From assembly GCA_964436645.1 (NCBI GenBank), contig CAYTDO010000003.1, positions 939 through 64,938 of the forward strand: a DNA stretch of 64,000 nt. Reading direction: 5' to 3'. Under the pieces are notes generated by a model. The model saw only the letters and a program-made list of their open reading frames with translations. It searched no databases and was not told the DNA's origin. Shown piece after piece: positions 57,852 through 64,000 of the stretch. The DNA comes from an uncultured Methanosarcinales archaeon. GTDB taxonomy: Archaea > Nanobdellota > Nanobdellia > Woesearchaeales > GW2011-AR4. Numbering within the stretch: position 1 is the first letter of the stretch; each line of letters opens with the position of its first letter. Both the position numbers and the translations under genes were made by a program.

Positions 57852-58088
57852 TTACTGCCTTGGTGATTTCTGTCCGAATAATATTCCTGTCAGAACGTTA
57901 AGGGCCCATGCCTGCCAGACATTTATGGAATGCATGCTTCCAAAGACAAAGTTCCACAGCAATTTTACCGGGAATGCGAGGACTAGGCCTACAATGCCGC
58001 TTATCAGTATAACTAATAGAAGAGTGTAGCTCATCTCGAGCATCCTTTTCAAAAACGGCACATCATTCAAAAAGCCCATAGTTGTCAA
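57852..58088 (-). CDS. small hypothetical membrane protein (78 aa)
   Basis: One clear TM helix. Overlapped by an alternative plus-strand ORF, so uncertain. Confidence 0.25.
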   Translation of the reverse strand: MTTMGFLNDVPFLKRMLEMSYTLLLVILISGIVGLVLAFPVKLLWNFVFGSMHSINVWQAWALNVLTGILFGQKSPRQ

Positions 58089-58161
58089 TTCTATAGAAAA
58101 AGCAGCCCTTTTTAAAGATTTTGATGAAAAGTTTATAAATTACAGCCAGCTAAAAATCCAA

Positions 58162-58569
58162 ATGAGGGCCAATAGAACTGAGCAGAGGGTTTATTATTCT
58201 GATACTGACCATGTCGGAGTTGTTTATTACGCCAATTACCTTAAGTGGTTTGAAATAGGCAGGACAGAGATTCTTAGGGAAAATAAGCTTGATTATGATG
58301 AGTTCGAAAGGCAGGGATTAATAGCTCCTGTTGTTGAGGTAAAATGCACATTTAAGGATCCTGCGAAATATAATGACCGGATAATCATAGAAACCAAAGT
58401 CGAGCATGTTGGAAACAGCAGCATAAAGTTTGTTTATGGCATAATAAGAAAAAATGACAAGAAATTGCTGGCAGAAGGCTATACTGTAAATGTATTTGTA
58501 GGCATGAAGACTGGAAAGCCTGCAAGAATACCTGAGAGATTGAGGAAGATTTTTTATGGCAAGAATTAA
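58162..58569 (+). CDS. acyl-CoA thioesterase (YbgC/4HBT hot-dog family)
   Basis: YYSDTDHVGVVYYANYLKWFEIGRTE is the canonical 4HBT/YbgC N-terminal motif with catalytic Asp. Confidence 0.85.
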   Translation: MRANRTEQRVYYSDTDHVGVVYYANYLKWFEIGRTEILRENKLDYDEFERQGLIAPVVEVKCTFKDPAKYNDRIIIETKVEHVGNSSIKFVYGIIRKNDKKLLAEGYTVNVFVGMKTGKPARIPERLRKIFYGKN

Positions 58570-59285
58570 ACAACAAAAATGTCCGCTTCTGTTATTTTCT
58601 TGGTTTTTCCATTTTTTAATTTTAGTATGAGATTGCAGCCATCATCTACGTCTATTGCTTTGCCGACAAAATCTCCATTGAGGGTTTTTGCCTTTATATC
58701 TTTTCCAAGAGTATGCGAGGATTTTTTCCATAATGATATTATTTTTTTGTAGCTTTTAGATTCATAGCATTTGTATAATGATGAGAAGTTTTTAATGATG
58801 GATTTTGACATATTCTCTATGCTGAATGTTTTTTTTGATTCCAGTTTCAATGATGTAGCTTTGTTTTTTATAGAATTTGAAAACTTATCTATGTTTACGT
58901 TAACACCTATCCCAACCAAGGCGTAATTCTCTTTGCCGTGTATGGTTTCGGTCAATATCCCGCAAACTTTTTTATCGCTTATCAAAACATCGTTTGGCCA
59001 TTTTACCCTTGCATTTAACTGCGATATAGTTTTTATGGATTTTGCGACTGCAATCGAGGCAATAAGCGTAAGGTATTTTATCCTAGCTGGATGCTCTTCT
59101 TTTAAAATTATCGTCATGTAAAGACCGCCTAATTCCGAGTTCCATTTCCTTCCAAACCTGCCTTTGCCCCCTTCCTGCTTTTTTGCAGTTATTACCAAAT
59201 TATAGATGCCTTGGCCTGCAAATTCTTTTGCCTTGTCATTGGTTGATGAAATAGTTTCAAAATTGCAGAATTCAAAATTTAGCAT
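58566..59285 (-). CDS. birA: biotin--protein ligase (BirA catalytic domain, no HTH)
   Basis: GGKGRFGRKW matches the GRGRxGRxW biotin-binding loop. KWPNDVLI. Confidence 0.85.
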   Translation of the reverse strand: MLNFEFCNFETISSTNDKAKEFAGQGIYNLVITAKKQEGGKGRFGRKWNSELGGLYMTIILKEEHPARIKYLTLIASIAVAKSIKTISQLNARVKWPNDVLISDKKVCGILTETIHGKENYALVGIGVNVNIDKFSNSIKNKATSLKLESKKTFSIENMSKSIIKNFSSLYKCYESKSYKKIISLWKKSSHTLGKDIKAKTLNGDFVGKAIDVDDGCNLILKLKNGKTKKITEADIFVV

Positions 59286-61182
59286 TTAGCTCTTGCTCCA
59301 TCAAATCACGACGTCCTGCCATTGTCCACTGAGAATTAGATTGGACAAATTTTTTCTTCTCAAGATATCTGGATACTGATGTTGTTACAATTATAAGCCT
59401 TTGCTCCTTTGTAAGCTCCTTCTTCTGACCATAATAATTCTTGACTTCCTTGAGAATTTCATTTTTCTCTATAAAAGATGTTGTGACTCTTCCCCTAATA
59501 AAATTTGTATTGTTAAGGGCAGCAAGATGGAAGGGTATTGTGGTGCTAATCCCCTGGATTTTGTATTCCTTCAATGCTCCAATCATTCTTGCCAAAGCCT
59601 CTTGCCTAGTTTTGCCGTGGCATATCAGCAAGGCCAATAAGGAATCATAATGCGGCAGAACTTTATAGCCCTGATGGCAGATGCTGTTCAGCCTTATACC
59701 TGGGCCGCCAGGAGGAAGGTAGTTAGTTATTGTTCCTATCGAAGGGGTAAAGTCTCCCAACGGGTCTTCTGCATTTATCCTGCATTCAATTGCGCAGCCA
59801 TTCATCTTTATGTCTTCCTGGGTAAATGCCATTTTAGCCCCTGCTGCAATCTTTATCTGCTCCTTTACTAAGTCAACGCCAGTCACCATTTCTGTTACAC
59901 CGTGCTCTACCTGGATTCTTGTGTTAACTTCAATGAAATAGAAGTTTTTGTTTTTATCCAATAAGAATTCAACAGTCCCGGCGCCTTCATAATTTGCAGC
60001 GGAAATTACTTTTACAGCGGCATTGCCCATCTTTTCCCTTAACTCATCACTTAAAGCAGGGCTTGGGCTTTCCTCTATAAGCTTCTGGTGCTTCCTCTGT
60101 ACACTGCAATCTCTTTCTCCAAGATGGATTACGTTGCCATATTGATCTGCTAAAATCTGGAATTCTATATGTCTGGGATTCTCAATATATTTTTCCATGT
60201 ACAATGTCTTGTCCTTGAAAGAAAGCATTGCCTCAGCTTCCGCGCTTTCATAGAATTTTTCGACATCTTCTTCCTTCCTTACGATCCTCATCCCCTTCCC
60301 GCCGCCGCCGGCAGCAGCTTTAATGATAACAGGGAATCCTATAGTTTTTGCAAGCTTAAGGGCATGGCGCTTGTTTTTGAGAGACTTTATCGTCCCAATG
60401 ATTATAGTGACTCCTGCCTTCAAAACTGTCTTTTTTGCTTTTACTTTGTTTCCCAAAAGCCCTATTGTCCTGGAAGAAGGCCCTATAAACTTAATATTGT
60501 TCTTGGTGCATAATTTCGCAAACTTGGCATTTTCAGCCAAAAAGCCATATCCCGGATGGATTGCATCTGCCTCAATCTTTTTAGCGATTTGTATTATTTT
60601 TTTAATGTCGAGGTAGCTTGAGCCTTGGCCAATATAGTAAGATTTGTCTGCAAGCTTTACAGCCAGATTATCTTTATCATGATTGGAATAAACTAAAGCT
60701 GTTTCGATTCCCAGCTCTCTGCATGCCCTTATCACCCTTAAGGCTATCTCACCCCTATTTGCAATCAGAACTTTCTTGAACTGTTTTTCTTTTGCCAGCA
60801 GGGTGTATTCTTTTTCTTCCCCAACACTAAGCCCTTTTGCAATCATATCAATAAAGCTTTTTGAGGATTTGCTTTCAACTATTTTCTTCAACTCTTTATG
60901 GTCAACATGAGAAAACTTTCCAAGAAGCCTTGAGGTTATTGCCTCTCCGATATGCGCCAAGTGCTTTTTTTTGAAAGATGGATTATGCTTTCCAATCTGG
61001 ACTACATTGCTTTTGATAAAATGATCAATCTCTTGGTAGACTAAAGGAGCTGATTTTTGAACATGCTTTGCGGCTTTTTTCAAGGCCCTATAGGAATAAA
61101 CTACAGGGGTTAAGCTTTTGTTTAGGGCGGCTGCTAGGGTTTTTTTTAGTTTAAAGCGTATTCCTGATTCATTTACTGCCAT
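59272..61182 (-). CDS. biotin carboxylase (AccC/PycA-like) with an unusual ~112-aa basic N-terminal extension. An alternative start lies at 60846.
   Basis: KKVLIANRGEIALRVIRACRELGI..., an ATP-grasp core, and the C-terminal biotin-carboxylase domain. The conserved region begins at residue ~130 of the longest ORF. Confidence 0.85.
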   Translation of the reverse strand: MAVNESGIRFKLKKTLAAALNKSLTPVVYSYRALKKAAKHVQKSAPLVYQEIDHFIKSNVVQIGKHNPSFKKKHLAHIGEAITSRLLGKFSHVDHKELKKIVESKSSKSFIDMIAKGLSVGEEKEYTLLAKEKQFKKVLIANRGEIALRVIRACRELGIETALVYSNHDKDNLAVKLADKSYYIGQGSSYLDIKKIIQIAKKIEADAIHPGYGFLAENAKFAKLCTKNNIKFIGPSSRTIGLLGNKVKAKKTVLKAGVTIIIGTIKSLKNKRHALKLAKTIGFPVIIKAAAGGGGKGMRIVRKEEDVEKFYESAEAEAMLSFKDKTLYMEKYIENPRHIEFQILADQYGNVIHLGERDCSVQRKHQKLIEESPSPALSDELREKMGNAAVKVISAANYEGAGTVEFLLDKNKNFYFIEVNTRIQVEHGVTEMVTGVDLVKEQIKIAAGAKMAFTQEDIKMNGCAIECRINAEDPLGDFTPSIGTITNYLPPGGPGIRLNSICHQGYKVLPHYDSLLALLICHGKTRQEALARMIGALKEYKIQGISTTIPFHLAALNNTNFIRGRVTTSFIEKNEILKEVKNYYGQKKELTKEQRLIIVTTSVSRYLEKKKFVQSNSQWTMAGRRDLMEQELNAKF

Positions 61183-61250
61183 AGACTAAAGCATAGTTTT
61201 TTGTTTTATAAACGTTTCTACCAATTGGTTACGCGCGATTGATACGCAAT

Positions 61251-61320
61251 GAGGGGCATAAAGCCCCTCGCCGCAGCTTTCTTGCTGCTTGATAGCTGCG
61301 GTGTATGGCTTACAGCCATA
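61251..61320 (+). other. three tandem GC-rich stem-loops followed by a T-run (candidate small RNA, terminator or leader)
   Basis: Stem-loops gaggggc-ataaa-gcccctc, ccgcagct-(16 nt)-agctgcgg and gtatggct-taca-gccatac, then catccTTTTTT. Lies in the divergent spacer between the biotin carboxylase and fabZ-like genes. Confidence 0.35.
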
Positions 61321-61406
61321 CATCCTTTTTTGGCTCTTAGTGATTCAATTTTAGCCCTAAGATTCCAAGACGAAACCTTTTTAAACGACTTAGCATTAGA
61401 CGAGAC

Positions 61407-61904
61407 ATGCAGGAAATAGACAATTTCAAGGATAAAAACGGGGGCATTTCAAGGGAAAATATAAAGAAAATCATTCCTTATGACGACCCTTTTTTGCTTA
61501 TTGACCATATTTCAGGCTTATCAAAGAAGAAGGTAGTTGCGACAAAGGAAGTCAAAGCAGATGAATATTATCTTAAGGGGCATTTCAAGGATTTTCCAAT
61601 CATGCCAGGGGCTTTGATTGTTGAAGGGCTTGGCCAGGCAGCAACTTTGCTTATCCGATATAATATCCCTAATCATTGGGAAAAGGATGTTTTGGCATAT
61701 AAGATTAGAGGAGCTAAGTTTTTCAGGCCTGCATTTCCTGGGCATACTTTAACTTTTAAGGCTAAGCTCATATTAATGTTCAAAAAAATCGCTTTTGTGA
61801 ACGGAGAGGTTTTCAGGAATGAAAAGCTTGTTTCGAAAGTGAAGATGGTCTTGGCAATTGTTGATAAAAAGCAATTCCGCGAAAGATACAGCGGGAAAAT
61901 ATAA
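61407..61904 (+). CDS. FabZ-like 3-hydroxyacyl-thioester dehydratase (hot-dog fold)
   Basis: LLIDHI...YYLKGHFKDFPIMPGALIVEGLGQAA matches the FabZ/FabA active-site His and motif. Confidence 0.75.
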   Translation: MQEIDNFKDKNGGISRENIKKIIPYDDPFLLIDHISGLSKKKVVATKEVKADEYYLKGHFKDFPIMPGALIVEGLGQAATLLIRYNIPNHWEKDVLAYKIRGAKFFRPAFPGHTLTFKAKLILMFKKIAFVNGEVFRNEKLVSKVKMVLAIVDKKQFRERYSGKI

Positions 61905-61928
61905 TTTTAAGGTTCTATCGAGGGAAAA

Positions 61929-63056
61929 ATGTATATCAAAGGAGTAGGAATGACGAAATTCGGTGTGCATGCTGAAACCAGCCAGGAGATGTGCTATGAG
62001 GCTATTTCCGAGGCTCTTGAAGATGCAGATATGCCATTGGAAGAGATAGATGAAATCATAATAGCTAAAGGAGATTCCTCTGTTGATGGGGAAAGGCAAA
62101 GGCTTTTTTCAGCGGTTTTGAGCAGCATGCTGCAGGACAGGGGAATTCCAATCATCAGAGTTGTTGCTGCATGCAGCGGCGGAGGGGCTGCTGTATGGAA
62201 TGCTGTCAACTCAGAAGCTAGAAATATTTTGGCAGTTGGAGTTGAAAAGCTAACACCGCCTCCAACGAGGTTTGTAACTGATGACCTTATGATGGCCTCA
62301 GAGAGGATTTATGAGCAGACAGAAGGGATGAATTTTCCGGCGCAGAATGCGTTGATTGCGCAGCAATATATGATGAAATATAATGTTTCTCCTAAAGACC
62401 TATCTCTTGTTGCATTGAAAAATCATGAGAATGCTTTCAATAATCCTAAGGCGCGTTTTTTTGGAAAAAAAGTAACTTTGGATATGATAAATAAATCTCC
62501 CATTGTTGCTTCTCCCTTGAGGCTTTTTGACTGCAGCATATCTGTTGATGGGGCTGCAGCTGCGATAATAAGCAAGGATAAAACTGATATTGAGATTGCA
62601 GGGTCTTCATTGTACGCAGATAGATTGCCTGCTTTCGAAGCCAAGGATATGACATCATGGAATGGCAGCGTACTTGCTTCAAAAGATGCTTATGCTCAAG
62701 CCGGGATTAGTGCGAAAGATGTTGATTTTGCCGAGCTGCATGATGCCTTTACCTCAGTGGAATTGATGGCTTATGAAGATCTAGGATTTGCAGAAAAAGG
62801 AAAGGGCAAGGATTTGATTAGAAAAGGAAAGACAAGCATGAATGGTGAGCTTCCTGTGAATACCTCTGGCGGATTGAAAGCCAAAGGGCACCCTATCAGC
62901 GCTACCGGAATATCTCAAATTTATGAGATAGCAAGGCAGATGAGGAAGCAGGCTGATAAAAGACAGTTAGACAGGACGAAGATAGGATTAGCGCATAATG
63001 TAGGCGGAGTAGGAAGCACAGTTACTGTGCATATATTAAAATGTATAGGTGGTTAA
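61929..63056 (+). CDS. archaeal-type thiolase (acetyl-CoA C-acetyltransferase, SCP-x-like)
   Basis: 375 aa with N-terminal YIKGVGMTKFG and an active-site Cys region (VVAACSGGGAAV), typical of archaeal thiolases that pair with DUF35 proteins. Confidence 0.85.
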   Translation: MYIKGVGMTKFGVHAETSQEMCYEAISEALEDADMPLEEIDEIIIAKGDSSVDGERQRLFSAVLSSMLQDRGIPIIRVVAACSGGGAAVWNAVNSEARNILAVGVEKLTPPPTRFVTDDLMMASERIYEQTEGMNFPAQNALIAQQYMMKYNVSPKDLSLVALKNHENAFNNPKARFFGKKVTLDMINKSPIVASPLRLFDCSISVDGAAAAIISKDKTDIEIAGSSLYADRLPAFEAKDMTSWNGSVLASKDAYAQAGISAKDVDFAELHDAFTSVELMAYEDLGFAEKGKGKDLIRKGKTSMNGELPVNTSGGLKAKGHPISATGISQIYEIARQMRKQADKRQLDRTKIGLAHNVGGVGSTVTVHILKCIGG

Positions 63057-63058
63057 AA

Positions 63059-64000
63059 ATGATAATAAGATGGGTTTCTGAAGACGGAAAGAGAAAGTGG
63101 ATGTATCCAGTAAAGCAGGATTTGCATACTAAAGGCAGAGTAATCAAACAGGTAAGCAGGAAAGCTAAAATAATTGGAATCACCAAAGTGAATATACCCT
63201 CTCCATTGCATCCAATAGTTCCTTACAATATTCTATTGCTTGAAGATGAGTATGGAAATAGAATGCCTAAAAAAACTATGAAAGAGTACAGGATAGGGGG
63301 AACTTATGAAGTTATGCCGGCAAAGACGGATGGAGCTGTTGTTGTTACGAAAATAAAATATGATCTTTTGGAGTATCTTAAAGAATCTTTACGGCTGGTC
63401 CATGAGTATAATATAAGTGCTGAGGATAAAATTCTGATAAAGCCGAGCATAATTGAGCCTGCTTACGGCTACCAGGCTGTCAATACAAACCCCCAGATCC
63501 TTGATGCGCTTTTGGAGATACTTAAGGATAAAGGAGTAACGGATATTGTTGTTGCTGAGCAATCGATGCTTGGGAATGATACTATTGAAAGCGCAAAGAA
63601 ATCAGAGCTATTGGATGTGTGCAAGAAAAATGCTGTGAAGTTTGTTGATTTATCCAAATCTGAATTTGTTTCGAAGGAATTTGATGGGTTTAATTTTAAA
63701 ATTGCGAAAGAATTGTTTGAGAGGAAGGTTATTAATTTACCAGTCATGAAGACGAATTCCCAGATTGGAATTTCAGGCGCAATTGAAAATATGTTAAGGG
63801 TTGCGGATGCGGAAACCCAGAAAAGAATGTTTTCAGAGGATATAGAAAAAACACTGCCTAAGTTGCTTAAGGTCCTGCCTGAGTTTTTGACAATAGGAGA
63901 TGCTACTATCGGAATGCAGGCGCAAGGGCCTACATCATTAGGAGAGCCAGCTTTCCTGAATATGGTTTTTGTCAGCAGGGATGCCGTCGCTTTGGATGCT
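63059..64000 (+). CDS. DUF35-type OB-fold protein (thiolase partner) continuing without a stop into a DUF362-like domain. Partial: runs off the window end.
   Basis: Hand translation from the ATG at 63059 is open to position 64000. The N-terminal part (GRVIKQVSRKAKIIGITKVNIPSPLHPIVPYNILLLEDEYGNRMPKKTMKEYRIGGTYEV) matches the DUF35 OB-fold but has no Zn ribbon. Downstream, KILIKPSIIEPAYGYQAVNTNPQILDALLEILKDKGVTDIVVAE resembles DUF362. Confidence 0.5.
   Translation, partial: MIIRWVSEDGKRKWMYPVKQDLHTKGRVIKQVSRKAKIIGITKVNIPSPLHPIVPYNILLLEDEYGNRMPKKTMKEYRIGGTYEVMPAKTDGAVVVTKIKYDLLEYLKESLRLVHEYNISAEDKILIKPSIIEPAYGYQAVNTNPQILDALLEILKDKGVTDIVVAEQSMLGNDTIESAKKSELLDVCKKNAVKFVDLSKSEFVSKEFDGFNFKIAKELFERKVINLPVMKTNSQIGISGAIENMLRVADAETQKRMFSEDIEKTLPKLLKVLPEFLTIGDATIGMQAQGPTSLGEPAFLNMVFVSRDAVALDA

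Noticed and set aside
1-64000. CRISPR arrays, integrases, transposases
   Set aside because: No regularly spaced direct repeats and no recombinase-like ORF were seen. The mobile elements found are non-autonomous.

Overview
This window is AT-rich (about one-third GC) and gene-dense. It is almost certainly from an uncultivated archaeon with a small, compact genome, plausibly DPANN-like. Archaeal markers present include TFS, aMBF1, a class I CCA-adding enzyme, RadB, archaeal-type RibC and RibK, archaeal PEP carboxylase, TYW1/Taw1, Fap7-like kinase and a stand-alone 5S rRNA. Bacterial-type gyrA, ScpB and ECF transporter genes are also present.

Coding content, in order along the window:
- A riboflavin operon (ribH-ribC-ribK).
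- Nucleotide metabolism genes (tmk, dut, purD).
- Central-metabolism genes (archaeal PEPC, aspC).
- Two cell-envelope and glycosylation islands: about 27.3-34.9 kb (Wzx flippase, UDP-glucose dehydrogenase plus UDP-xylose synthase, nucleotidyltransferases, an RHS-core remnant) and about 42.3-49.8 kb (two GT-C and two GT2 membrane glycosyltransferases, membrane thioredoxin-fold proteins).
- A 3'-terminal cluster at about 52.6-64 kb. It joins biotin-dependent acyl-CoA carboxylase subunits (carboxyltransferase, BCCP, biotin carboxylase), BirA and BioY-ECF biotin import with a FabZ-like dehydratase, an acyl-CoA thioesterase and an archaeal thiolase-DUF35 pair.

Non-coding features:
- A small GC-rich structured mobile element of about 210 bp is present in two copies. 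The intact copy at 52301-52509 has perfect 15-bp terminal inverted repeats and a perfect 9-bp target-site duplication. A decayed, AT-drifted copy lies at about 4746-4970.
- An unrelated 125-bp hairpin-rich repeat occurs three times in intergenic regions.
- A GC-rich rod-like element lies at 10308-10500.
- Three GC-rich stem-loops lie in tandem at 61251-61320.
- A minus-strand 5S rRNA with a TATA-like promoter.

No CRISPR array and no convincing tRNA were found. All functional calls rest on motif-level reading of the translations and would need database searches to confirm.
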